Assembly (NCBI GenBank): GCA_012840225.1
Contig: DULU01000088.1
Coordinates: 6,895-70,894 of the forward strand
DNA from: Bacillota bacterium
GTDB lineage: Bacteria; Bacillota; Limnochordia; DTU080
Reading direction: 5' to 3'
Length of the DNA: 64,000 nt
Part shown: piece by piece, positions 38,192 to 47,574 of the stretch
Position numbering within the stretch: the first letter of the stretch is position 1
Layout: each line of letters opens with the position of its first letter
Notes under the pieces: model-generated
What the model saw: only the letters and a program-made list of their open reading frames with translations
What the model was told of the DNA's origin: nothing
Database searches by the model: none
Position numbers and translations under genes: made by a program

Positions 38192-39205
38192 ATGATAGTA
38201 GTCCTGCGTAAGGAAGCCACCGCCGAGGAGATCAAGGCGGTTATAGAAAGATTGCATGAATTCGGCTTCCGCACTCATGTCTCCGAGGGTGTGGAAAAGA
38301 CCATCATCGGTGCCATCGGCGAGAAGACTGCCGACAAGATCCAGCGGCTGGAGATGACTCCGGGGGTGGAAAAAATCGTTCCCATCCTCCAACCCTATAA
38401 GCTCGCCGGCCGCGAATTCAAAGCCACCGGATCAACCGTGGCGGTGGGGCCGGTGGTTTTCGGCGGCAAAAAAGTGCCGGTGATCGCCGGACCTTGTGCC
38501 GTCGAGTCGGAGGAACAGATGCTGACCATCGCCAAAGCGGTGGCCAAAAGCGGCGCCGCCATGCTGCGGGGCGGGGCATATAAACCCAGGACCTCGCCAT
38601 ATAGCTTCCAGGGACTGGAGAAAGCCGGCCTGGAGATCCTGGCGGAGGCCAAGCGGGTGACCGGTTTGCCGGTGGTCACCGAGGTGGTCAACCCGGGCGA
38701 TGTGGAACAGGTGGCCGCCGTGGCCGACATGTTCCAGATCGGCGCCCGCAACATGCAAAACTACGCGCTGCTCCGGGCGGTAGGCTTAAGCTCCAAGCCG
38801 GTGATGCTGAAGCGGGGACTGTCGGCCACCATCACCGAATGGCTGATGGCGGCAGAATATATCCTCTCCAGCGGCAACAACGATGTGGTGCTGTGCGAGA
38901 GAGGCATCCGCACCTATGAGACGGAGACCCGCAACACCCTGGATCTCAGTGCGGTCCCCGTCATCCATGAGATTTCCCATCTGCCGGTCATTGTCGACCC
39001 TTCTCACGGCACAGGCAAATGGCGGCTGGTGCTGCCGATGAGCAAAGCCGCCGTGGCGGCGGGAGCAGACGGCTTGATGGTCGAAGTGCATCACAAGCCG
39101 GAAGAAGCCATGTCCGACGGCCCGCAGAGCCTGCGTCCGGAGAATTTCCATGAGATGATGGAGCAGATCGCCGCCGTGGCGGCTGCTGTTGGTAGGGAGA
39201 TATAA
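38192..39205 (+). CDS. aroF: 3-deoxy-7-phosphoheptulonate (DAHP) synthase, type I-beta with N-terminal ferredoxin-like regulatory domain
   Basis: [11 protein letters not shown], GxRN, CERG motifs. About 75-aa N-terminal extension as in the Thermotoga-type enzyme. Confidence 0.85.
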   Translation: MIVVLRKEATAEEIKAVIERLHEFGFRTHVSEGVEKTIIGAIGEKTADKIQRLEMTPGVEKIVPILQPYKLAGREFKATGSTVAVGPVVFGGKKVPVIAGPCAVESEEQMLTIAKAVAKSGAAMLRGGAYKPRTSPYSFQGLEKAGLEILAEAKRVTGLPVVTEVVNPGDVEQVAAVADMFQIGARNMQNYALLRAVGLSSKPVMLKRGLSATITEWLMAAEYILSSGNNDVVLCERGIRTYETETRNTLDLSAVPVIHEISHLPVIVDPSHGTGKWRLVLPMSKAAVAAGADGLMVEVHHKPEEAMSDGPQSLRPENFHEMMEQIAAVAAAVGREI

Positions 39206-40317
39206 TGCCAAAGCGGAAAATAAAGGTAACCATCTTCGGCATGGGCCTGATCGGCGGTTCGCTCGGCCAGGCCTGGCGCAAAGCGGGAACGGCCGAAGTG
39301 ACCGGCGTGGTACGCCGGAAAGAGGCCGTGGAGGAAGTGCTGGCCGTAGGCGCCGCCGATAAAGTCGTCACCGACCCGGCTCTCGGCATGGCGGAGGCGG
39401 AAGTGGTGGTATTCGCCCCTCCGGTGGCCCAGATCGTCCCTCTGGCCCGGCAGGTGTGGTCCCTGGCGCGGCCGGGCACCGTTTTCACCGATGTGGGGAG
39501 CGTCAAAGGCCTCATCTGCCGCACCTTGTGGCAGGAGATGCCTGCCGATATGATTTTCATCGGCGGCCACCCCATGGCCGGTTCAGAGCGGGCCGGCGTG
39601 AAAGCGGCCGATCCCTATCTCTTCGAGAATGCCGTCTATTGCCTCACTCCGCCCAAAGGGATGAAGGAAGATCACCCGGCGCTCGCCACCCTGCTGCATT
39701 TGGTTAAATCTGTGGGAGCCAGGGCGCTCATCCTGGATCCTGATGATCACGACCTGATCGTGGCCGGCGTGAGCCATGTGCCGCATCTGGCGGCGGTAGC
39801 CCTGGTGCAGTCGGTAGCCAAAGCCGAAAGCGGCGGGGTGAACATGTTGCAGCTGGCGGCCGGCGGCTTCCGCGACACCACCCGGGTAGCCGGTGGGGCG
39901 GCGGATATCTGGCGGGACATCTGCCTGCACAACCGCCAGGCCATTTTAACCATGCTGGATAAGCTCATGGGAGAGCTGACCTTCCTGCGCCGGGCTATTG
40001 CTGCCGGCGACGGAGAGGCCCTGACGAACCTATTCGAAGAAGCCCGCCGGGTGCGAAGCACCATTCCCGCCAGGCTGCGGGGCGTATTGGGTGCCGTGCA
40101 TGAGATCACCTTCATCCTGGCCGACCGCCCGGGCACCATTCACGAGGCTACCGGCCTCCTGGCCGCCGAGGGTATAAACATAGTGGATATCGAGATCATG
40201 CGGGTGAGAGAGGGAGAAGGAGGCACCTTGCGGCTGGCTTTGGCTGATGCCGAGGCCGCCGAGCGGGCCGTGAAGATATTGACCGCCCACGGGTATACCG
40301 CCAGGCGCCTGTTGTGA
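39205..40317 (+). CDS. tyrA: Prephenate dehydrogenase with C-terminal ACT domain
   Basis: Rossmann motif IFGMGLIGGSLG, PDH core (HPMAGSE), C-terminal ACT-like fold. Confidence 0.85.
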   Translation: MPKRKIKVTIFGMGLIGGSLGQAWRKAGTAEVTGVVRRKEAVEEVLAVGAADKVVTDPALGMAEAEVVVFAPPVAQIVPLARQVWSLARPGTVFTDVGSVKGLICRTLWQEMPADMIFIGGHPMAGSERAGVKAADPYLFENAVYCLTPPKGMKEDHPALATLLHLVKSVGARALILDPDDHDLIVAGVSHVPHLAAVALVQSVAKAESGGVNMLQLAAGGFRDTTRVAGGAADIWRDICLHNRQAILTMLDKLMGELTFLRRAIAAGDGEALTNLFEEARRVRSTIPARLRGVLGAVHEITFILADRPGTIHEATGLLAAEGINIVDIEIMRVREGEGGTLRLALADAEAAERAVKILTAHGYTARRLL

Positions 40318-40324
40318 GGATAAT

Positions 40325-41011
40325 TTGATGAAACGGCTTTGCATTGCCATTGACGGACCGGCCGGAGCCGGAAAAAGCACTGTGGCTAAAAAGACGGCCG
40401 CCAGTCTGGGCTATATATACATCGATACCGGAGCGATGTACCGCGGCGTCACATCCCAACTTTTAGCAGACGGGGTGGATATTAGCGACGCCGCCGCCGT
40501 GGCGGCGGCGGTGGAAAACTGGGAGATCACCATTGTTCCGGGGCTGGATGAAGCGGAACCAAGAGTGCTGATCAACGGCCGGGACGTGACATCCGCCCTG
40601 CGGCGCCCGGAAGTCAGCCGGGCGGTGCCGCAGGTGGCTGCCATTCCGGCTGTGAGATCCAAGTTGGTCAAGGAACAGCGGCGGCTCGGCCAGGAGGGCG
40701 GGATTGTCATGGACGGCCGGGATATCGGCACCGAGGTGCTGCCTTTTGCCGAGGTAAAAATCTTTCTCACGGCTTCGCTGGAGGAGCGGGCCAGGCGCAG
40801 GCAAGCCGAACTGGCGCAAAAAGGCTATCAGATTGATCTCGCCGCTGCCCGTAAGGAGATCGCCGCCCGCGATCATGCCGATACCAACCGGCCCGTATCA
40901 CCCCTACGCCGGCCGGCGGACGCCTTGGTGATCGATTCGACCGCCATGAGTGTCGAAGCCGTCGTCACTCGCATACTGGATTATTATAAAACCAGAACTA
41001 CCAATACATAA
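40325..41011 (+). CDS. cmk: Cytidylate kinase
   Basis: IAIDGPAGAGKST P-loop, DTGAMYR, GRDIGT. Confidence 0.9.
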   Translation: MMKRLCIAIDGPAGAGKSTVAKKTAASLGYIYIDTGAMYRGVTSQLLADGVDISDAAAVAAAVENWEITIVPGLDEAEPRVLINGRDVTSALRRPEVSRAVPQVAAIPAVRSKLVKEQRRLGQEGGIVMDGRDIGTEVLPFAEVKIFLTASLEERARRRQAELAQKGYQIDLAAARKEIAARDHADTNRPVSPLRRPADALVIDSTAMSVEAVVTRILDYYKTRTTNT

Positions 41012-41022
41012 GACAGGGAAGG

Positions 41023-41673
41023 ATGCCCGTGTTATATTCACTGGCCAAAGCTATTATAAACTTTGTTTTTATTGTTTATTTCCGCCGCCGCATTGAAGGC
41101 TTGGAAAATATCCCGGCACAGGGCGGCTGTCTCATCGCCGTCAATCACCTGAGCTATGCCGATCCACTGCTCGTGGGGTTGGCCTGTCCCCGCCCGGTGC
41201 ACTTTATGGCCAAGGCGGAACTCTTTCGCGTTCCTTTGCTGAAATCCATTTTGCCCCGCCTTCACGCCTTCCCGGTCCGGCGGGGGGCGGCAGACCGCCA
41301 GGCCATCAGAAAGGCGCTAGAGCTGCTGCAAAATGGGGCCGTCCTCGGAGTGTTTCCCGAAGGTACCCGCAACCGCCAGCGCCAAAGCGACGGCGACATG
41401 CTGCCGCTGCACGGTGGGGCGGCGATGCTGGCCCTGAGAACCGGCGTGCCGGTGGTGCCGGCCGCCGTGTGGGGCACCGGGCGCATCGCCGGACCCCTGG
41501 GCCTGCCAAAACCCGTAAAAATCGGCATCCGCTTCGGCCAGCCCATTAACCTGCCGCCGCCGGAGCAAGTTAACAAAGAGAGTGTAGCGGAGGCCAGCCG
41601 CACCATCATGGAGGCTATCAAAAACGTCCTGGATGAAGTCGACCCGCAACAGCACCGGCAGGGCGGCGCATGA
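41023..41673 (+). CDS. plsC: 1-acyl-sn-glycerol-3-phosphate acyltransferase
   Basis: HxxxxD motif (NHLSYAD), FPEGTR motif. Confidence 0.85.
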   Translation: MPVLYSLAKAIINFVFIVYFRRRIEGLENIPAQGGCLIAVNHLSYADPLLVGLACPRPVHFMAKAELFRVPLLKSILPRLHAFPVRRGAADRQAIRKALELLQNGAVLGVFPEGTRNRQRQSDGDMLPLHGGAAMLALRTGVPVVPAAVWGTGRIAGPLGLPKPVKIGIRFGQPINLPPPEQVNKESVAEASRTIMEAIKNVLDEVDPQQHRQGGA

Positions 41674-41863
41674 AAGGCTTGATTTTTATCCTTTTTCGTA
41701 CCTGTTTTTAGTTAATAGGAAGGAGTCAACCTGCAAAAGACGAATATGGCTGCTGAAGCAGCATCATTCTGAACCAGCTGTTAATACTAAACAGCAGGGC
41801 GAGGAGGCCAGGGAAGGCAGGCAATCGCTAAGCACGGAGAGTTTTGGGGGGTACTAAAGGGAA

Positions 41864-43234
41864 ATGGCTGAAACACGCGAAGAGCGCACACAAGAACTGA
41901 CGGAAAAAGTGACGGATGCGGTCGTCGAGACGACCAACGCGGAAACAGGCACGGCAGAAACACCGGCAGAGGCGAACGGGAGCCAGACGACTCCAGAGGC
42001 ACCCACACCGGCCGAGAGAGAAACCGGCTCTGCCGTCACACCCGACCAGCAGTATGCGGAAACGTTTGTCACCCTTGAACCGGGGTCCATCGTCAAGGGT
42101 CGGGTAGTGCAAATCAACAATGATGAAGTGATGGTGGATGTCGGCTACAAAACCGAAGGCCGGATTCCACTGCATGAGCTCGGGTTGAAAGCCGGGCAGA
42201 CACCTCAGGACATCTTGGCCGTCGGTGACGACGTTCATGTCTATATAGTCAAAATCGAAGACGCCGAAGGCAATGTGCTCTTGTCCAAGCGGCGGGCGGA
42301 TATCCGCCTGGTGTGGGATAAACTGGAGCAGATGTACCGGGAGTCGCAGACCCTGGAAGCCAAAGTGACCGAGCGGGTTAAAGGCGGCTTGCTGGTGGAT
42401 GTCGGCGTGCGGGGCTTTTTACCTGCTTCGCATGTGGCGCGCAACTACATTGAAAACCTCGACAAGTTCGTCGGCGAAACTTTGCGCCTGAAGATCATCG
42501 AAATCGACAAACAGCGCAACAATGTGGTCCTCTCCAGGAAAGTCGTGCTGGAAGAGGAATACCTGGCCGCCAAGGAAAAAGTCTTCTCCTCGCTTAAAGA
42601 GGGTATGATCACCGAAGGGGTGGTAAAGCGCATCACCGACTTCGGCGCTTTCGTCGACATCGGCTCGGGGGTGGAAGGGCTCCTGCATGTCAGCGAGATG
42701 GCCTGGAGCCGGGTGAATCATCCTGCCGACGTGGTCAAAGAAGGCCAGGTCATCAAGGTGATGGTGCTGAACATCGACAAGGAGCATGAACGCATCTCCC
42801 TCTCGCTGAAGGAAACCTTGCCCGATCCCTGGGATACGGTCAGCAACCGCTATGTGGTCGGCGAGATCGTGGAAGGTGAAGTGACGCGGGTGGTCGATTT
42901 CGGCGCCTTCGTCAAACTGGAAGACGGCATCGAAGGCTTGGTCCACATCTCGCAGATGGCCGAGCAGCATGTGACCAATCCCAACGAGGTGGTCAAGCCC
43001 GGCGACAAAGTGCAGGTGAAGATCGTGAGCCTGGACGAGCGGGCGCGGCGCATCGGCCTATCCATACGCGAAGCCCTGCCCAAGCAGCCAAAGAAACCCA
43101 GACAGGAGGCTGCCGAATCGGGCGATTATATCGACAAGACCCATGATGCTCCGACCTTCGGCGATGTCTTCAAGGACCTCTCCAAGCTCATCGAGGAGAA
43201 GGCGGAAAACAACGCCAAGAATAACGGCAACTGA
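41864..43234 (+). CDS. rpsA: 30S ribosomal protein S1 (four S1 domains) with about 55-aa Thr/Glu/Ala-rich N-terminal extension
   Basis: Repeated S1 motifs (G.V...GAFV). The low-complexity N-terminal extension is unusual, so the true start may lie further downstream. Confidence 0.8.
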   Translation: MAETREERTQELTEKVTDAVVETTNAETGTAETPAEANGSQTTPEAPTPAERETGSAVTPDQQYAETFVTLEPGSIVKGRVVQINNDEVMVDVGYKTEGRIPLHELGLKAGQTPQDILAVGDDVHVYIVKIEDAEGNVLLSKRRADIRLVWDKLEQMYRESQTLEAKVTERVKGGLLVDVGVRGFLPASHVARNYIENLDKFVGETLRLKIIEIDKQRNNVVLSRKVVLEEEYLAAKEKVFSSLKEGMITEGVVKRITDFGAFVDIGSGVEGLLHVSEMAWSRVNHPADVVKEGQVIKVMVLNIDKEHERISLSLKETLPDPWDTVSNRYVVGEIVEGEVTRVVDFGAFVKLEDGIEGLVHISQMAEQHVTNPNEVVKPGDKVQVKIVSLDERARRIGLSIREALPKQPKKPRQEAAESGDYIDKTHDAPTFGDVFKDLSKLIEEKAENNAKNNGN

Positions 43235-43591
43235 CTCTGAGCCTGTCCGGCAGGTCGCCGGGAGGCCGTGAGAGGCCGTCGGAGCGGAGCCTTGATGAAG
43301 AGGCCGCCAGATCTTAAGGGGCCTCAGGGGGCCTCCGGGGGCCGTGAGGGGTCGGTTGACCATTAATTAATTCATATTCACACATCACTCCGATCACCAG
43401 TCGCAATGAGCCGCTTCCCAGCCGAAGCGGCTTTTATATTTCCGCCTTTTGCCTTTGCCCTTTCGCTATTCGCCATTCGCCTCTCGACTTTTCCATTCGC
43501 CTTTCAGGAAACCGGCGCCGGTGCTGCAGCATATTGCCTCGGGAAAAAGGGGAATATACTGCTGGAACAGCCCAAGAAAGGAAGTGCGCAC

Positions 43592-44308
43592 ATGCCTCTT
43601 GGTTTGATTCTCCTCTTTATCCTGGCGGCGATAGTCTACTTCGGCCTGGCGGAACGGGTGTTGGATCGCCTGCGCCTCACAGACACCCAGGCGCTGATCT
43701 TCCTCGCCTTAATGGTGGCGGGGAGCTTCATCACCGTCACCTTGTTGACGGCGCCGTTTGAGCTCACCGTCAATCTGGGTGGCGCTGTGGTGCCCGTCAT
43801 TTTGGCCGTCTATCTCCTGTGGCGCGCCGACAGCACCTGGGAATGGGTGAGAGCGCTCCTGGCCGCCGCCGGCACTGCCGCCGGCATCTGGCTCATCGCC
43901 TCGCTCACCGATTTTGATCCTCCCCAAGCCGATCTTTTCGATCCGCTCTGGCTCTATAGCCTCGTCGGCGGCGTTATTGCCTACCTGCTCGGCCGCTCCC
44001 GCCGGGCGGCCTTTGTGGCCGGTACCCTCGGCGTCATCCTCGCCGATTTAGGTCACCTCGTCCAGGTGTGGCGGCGCGGCCTGCCCAGCACGGTGGCCAT
44101 CGGTGGAGCAGGGGTGTTCGATGCGGTGATCATTGCCGGCATCATCAGCGTCGGTCTGGCCGAACTGGTGGGAGAAACCAGGGAAAGGCTGCAGGGTGGT
44201 CCGGACCTGAGCGAGGAACGCCCGCTGGCTCTGCATCAGGACGAAGGGACGGCAGAAGAAGGCGGAAACTCGCGGCGGCAGTCGGAAAATGAGGAAGAAG
44301 GTGAATAG
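43592..44308 (+). CDS. Hypothetical polytopic membrane protein (possibly DUF1614-like) with acidic C-terminal tail
   Basis: ATG at 43592. 6-7 hydrophobic helices. Family assignment is weak. Confidence 0.45.
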   Translation: MPLGLILLFILAAIVYFGLAERVLDRLRLTDTQALIFLALMVAGSFITVTLLTAPFELTVNLGGAVVPVILAVYLLWRADSTWEWVRALLAAAGTAAGIWLIASLTDFDPPQADLFDPLWLYSLVGGVIAYLLGRSRRAAFVAGTLGVILADLGHLVQVWRRGLPSTVAIGGAGVFDAVIIAGIISVGLAELVGETRERLQGGPDLSEERPLALHQDEGTAEEGGNSRRQSENEEEGE

Positions 44309-45500
44309 CATGAAGAAAAGCACCACCGATCGCATTACGAATAGCATGACGGTAAATAGAATAGCCGGCAAATATATATATCTTCCTGTATATCTCCCGG
44401 CGGCGGCGGCCGTGTTGGCCGTGAGCATATTCTTGAGCATGGGTATAATCCTCTGCCTCCATGCTTCGGCAGGAGCGGCCGTGCCCATGACTCCTCTCGG
44501 TGAGGAGTGGGGAGAGCGCCGCGACGGCGGCTATTATCGCATCGTGAACCTGGAGGGCCAGTTTTTGACCACCACCGCCCTCGACATCGACGTGGATGAT
44601 GTGTTCATCGCCGAAGACAACGAGCGGTGGATCATCGACCGCATCGACGGAGACACTGCTTATGCCCGGAGCGACGGCAAAGAGAAGATGCCCACCATCT
44701 TCAATAACTCTCCCGGTCTGGCCGGCATGGCCTGGCAGTGGGCCGCTCAGCTCGTCAGTTCCGCCAGAAGGCAGAACGGCGAAAAAAAGGTGATCGGCAT
44801 ATTCCAAACCCACAACGACGAGTCTTACCTGCCGACCAGCGGTGAGGAATCGGAAACCCCTCAGGGGGATATCCACGAGGTCGGCCTCGCCTTGAAGGAA
44901 AGTTTGGAAAAGCAGGGCTACACCGTCGTATATTCCGATAATATTCATCTACCTCACGATGGCCAGGCTTACCTGAGATCCCGGCGCACGGCCGCCGAAC
45001 TGAGCAAAGATAGGCCGACCACCATCATCGACGTGCACAGGGATGCCGTACCCAATGCCGCCAGCTACCGCACCACCATCAACGGCGAACAGGTGGCCAA
45101 AGTGCGTATTGTGGTAGGCCGGCAAAACCCCAATAAAGCCATGAACCTCAATTATGCCAAACGCCTCAAGGCGGCCATGGACGAACGTTTCCCGGGTTTG
45201 AGCCGGGGCATCTTTATGGCTAAAGGAAACTATAACCAGGATCTCGGGCCGCGGATGATCCTCCTGGAATTCGGCACGCATACCCTCAGCCTGGATGAAG
45301 CGAAGAAAGCTGCCGCTTTGGTAGGTGAAGTGCTGCCGGCGGCCGCCGGCATGGCTCCGGGGACGGGTGCCTCCGCCCAAAGTCAGATGGGGAGTGCCGC
45401 CATGAACACGGTGGCCTGGCTTTTGGGCCTCTCCGTCGTCGGCGGCGGGATTTGGTATTTCCTGAACAAAGAAGGCTTCTGGCGCCGGCGCCGCAACTGA
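44289..45500 (+). CDS. spoIIP: Stage II sporulation protein P
   Basis: N-terminal TM, IFQTHNDESY (SpoIIP IYHTHxxEAY-like motif), VHRDAV and C-terminal LLEFGTHT blocks. Confidence 0.75.
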   Translation: MRKKVNSMKKSTTDRITNSMTVNRIAGKYIYLPVYLPAAAAVLAVSIFLSMGIILCLHASAGAAVPMTPLGEEWGERRDGGYYRIVNLEGQFLTTTALDIDVDDVFIAEDNERWIIDRIDGDTAYARSDGKEKMPTIFNNSPGLAGMAWQWAAQLVSSARRQNGEKKVIGIFQTHNDESYLPTSGEESETPQGDIHEVGLALKESLEKQGYTVVYSDNIHLPHDGQAYLRSRRTAAELSKDRPTTIIDVHRDAVPNAASYRTTINGEQVAKVRIVVGRQNPNKAMNLNYAKRLKAAMDERFPGLSRGIFMAKGNYNQDLGPRMILLEFGTHTLSLDEAKKAAALVGEVLPAAAGMAPGTGASAQSQMGSAAMNTVAWLLGLSVVGGGIWYFLNKEGFWRRRRN

Positions 45501-45538
45501 AAACGATTAATAATCATCCGCAGAAAGGCTGGCCTTTT

Positions 45539-46102
45539 TTGCAGATCATCTACACCGATTATGGCGGGGCCCATTCCACACAGGTGGCTGCCGCTCTCCA
45601 TCTGGGTATACTTTCCAGGGACAAAACTCCCTCGGCGGAGGAACTTATGGCCCTGCCGCTTTTCGACCGGATCACCAAAGAGCATCACGGCTGCCTGATA
45701 TATATGGGGCGCGACGAGGGAAACAATGATATCTATATCCTGGGGCGGGGGAAAGGGGAGAAAATTGTCGAGCGGGCTATCGCTTGCGGCGCCGCTCTGA
45801 CGCCGGGTGCCGGCCAAATAATGAAGATCCGCTTTTTTTGTACGCTCTCTTGTGTTAATCTGTGGATGCGGATCGGCGGTTACCTGAGCCGGTCGCTCGG
45901 GTGGGTGAGCCTGGGCCGCCCCTTGGTGATATTCGGCACCCGTCGCGCCTTTCCCCAACTGGTGGAGCTGGTGGATGAGGCGCGCCGCCGGGTGGCTGCC
46001 GCTCCCGACACTCCGTTTCTGTTAGGTTCGGACAATGAAGACCTGCTGGCCAAAACCGGCATCACCGCTACCGGGCTGAGCGAACGCCTTCCGGCACCAT
46101 GA
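45539..46102 (+). CDS. DUF3189-family protein
   Basis: IIYTDYGGAHSTQVAAALHLG N-terminus typical of DUF3189. Paired with the downstream DUF512 as is common in Clostridia. Start TTG at 45539 is assumed (ORF extends to 45452). Confidence 0.55.
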   Translation: MQIIYTDYGGAHSTQVAAALHLGILSRDKTPSAEELMALPLFDRITKEHHGCLIYMGRDEGNNDIYILGRGKGEKIVERAIACGAALTPGAGQIMKIRFFCTLSCVNLWMRIGGYLSRSLGWVSLGRPLVIFGTRRAFPQLVELVDEARRRVAAAPDTPFLLGSDNEDLLAKTGITATGLSERLPAP

Positions 46103-47565
46103 GGGGCCGCCAGGCGGCTAAAGCAGGTGCTGGAGGAAGAGTTGTGGCGATCATCAGCGGCATTAAACCGGGTTCCATTGCCGAGGAGGCCGGTCTCGTC
46201 CCCGGAGACGAATTGCTGAGCATCAACGGCCATAATTTGCGGGATGTCATCGACTACCTGCACCTGTCGGCCGGGGAAAGCCTGGTGATGGAAGTCTCCA
46301 AAAAAGACTCCGGCGACATCCTGGAAGTGGAAGTGGAGAAAGACCCGGCCGAAGAGCTGGGCCTGGTCTTTGCCGAGGCCGTCTTCGACGGGAAGCGGTT
46401 TTGTGAAAACCACTGTTTCTTTTGCTTTGTCGACCACAACCCCCAGGGCTTACGCTCCACGCTTTATGAGCGGGACGACGACTACCGGCTCTCTTTCCTT
46501 TCCGGGCATTATATCACCCTCACCAATCTGACTGATGAAGACTGGCGCCGCATTGTGGAACTGAAACTGTCGCCGCTTTATGTTTCCGTGCATACCACCA
46601 ATCCCGACCTGCGCGCCAGAATGCTCGGCAACCGGGAGGCGCGCCTCATCGGCGAGCAGTTGCGCTTTCTGGCCGAGCATGATATCACCGTGCATGCGCA
46701 GATCGTCCTGTGTCCCGGAGTGAACGACGGGTCGGAGCTGGAGCGCACCCTGTCTGACCTGGCTTCTTATTTCCCCGCTGTGGCTTCCGTGTCGGTGGTA
46801 CCGGTGGGGTTAACCAAATATACCAAAAAAGGCGAAGTTGGGGAAAGCGGTGAGGGAAGTGGTGGGAGTAGCGGTGGGAGTAGCGGAGAGGGCAGCGATG
46901 CCCGGCCGCACCCCTTGCGCCCCTATCGCCCGGAGGAAGCGCAGCACCTGGTGCGCGAGATAGAAACCCGGCAAGCCGCCTGCCTTGCCCGCTTGGGCAC
47001 CCGCTTTGTTTGGCCGGCCGACGAATTCTATTTCCTGAGCGGGGCCGATGTGCCGCCCCATGCGGTGTATGAAGATTATCCTCAACTGGATAACGGGGTG
47101 GGATTGACCCGCCGCTTCAGACGGGAATTTCGCCAGGCTTGGCGGGAAGCGCAAGCAGCGGCGGCGGATGCCGCCCTGTTGCCCCGGCGCCGGGAAGCTT
47201 TCAGCCTGGCCACGGGAGTGCTGGGATACCAGGCTCTTAAGCCGCTTTTATCGGTCGTCAAGGCCCATGTCCCGGACCTTTATGTTTATGCCGTACCGAA
47301 CACCTTCTTCGGCGAGACGGTTACCGTGTCCGGGCTTTTAACCGGGACGGATCTGTTGACATACCTGCGCGGCCGCCCGCTGGGAAAAGCTTTGGTCATA
47401 CCCGGCGTCATGCTGCGCTCCTCCGGCGACGAGGCCCATTTTCTCGACGGCCTGTCCCCGGCCGACGTGCAAGCAGAGCTAGGTGTGCCGCTTGTGGCTT
47501 TGCATTCGGCGGCAGATCTGGTAACATTCCTTTGGGAACAGGTAACATGTAGAGGTATATGTTAG
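46099..47565 (+). CDS. DUF512 protein (PDZ domain plus radical-SAM-like Cys cluster) with Gly/Ser-rich insertion
   Basis: PDZ segment (IKPGSIAEEAGLVPGDELLSING) and CENHCFFCFVDH Cys motif. Inserted low-complexity GESGEGSGGSSGGSSGEGS. Confidence 0.65.
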   Translation: MRGRQAAKAGAGGRVVAIISGIKPGSIAEEAGLVPGDELLSINGHNLRDVIDYLHLSAGESLVMEVSKKDSGDILEVEVEKDPAEELGLVFAEAVFDGKRFCENHCFFCFVDHNPQGLRSTLYERDDDYRLSFLSGHYITLTNLTDEDWRRIVELKLSPLYVSVHTTNPDLRARMLGNREARLIGEQLRFLAEHDITVHAQIVLCPGVNDGSELERTLSDLASYFPAVASVSVVPVGLTKYTKKGEVGESGEGSGGSSGGSSGEGSDARPHPLRPYRPEEAQHLVREIETRQAACLARLGTRFVWPADEFYFLSGADVPPHAVYEDYPQLDNGVGLTRRFRREFRQAWREAQAAAADAALLPRRREAFSLATGVLGYQALKPLLSVVKAHVPDLYVYAVPNTFFGETVTVSGLLTGTDLLTYLRGRPLGKALVIPGVMLRSSGDEAHFLDGLSPADVQAELGVPLVALHSAADLVTFLWEQVTCRGIC

Positions 47566-47574
47566 GAGGTTGGA

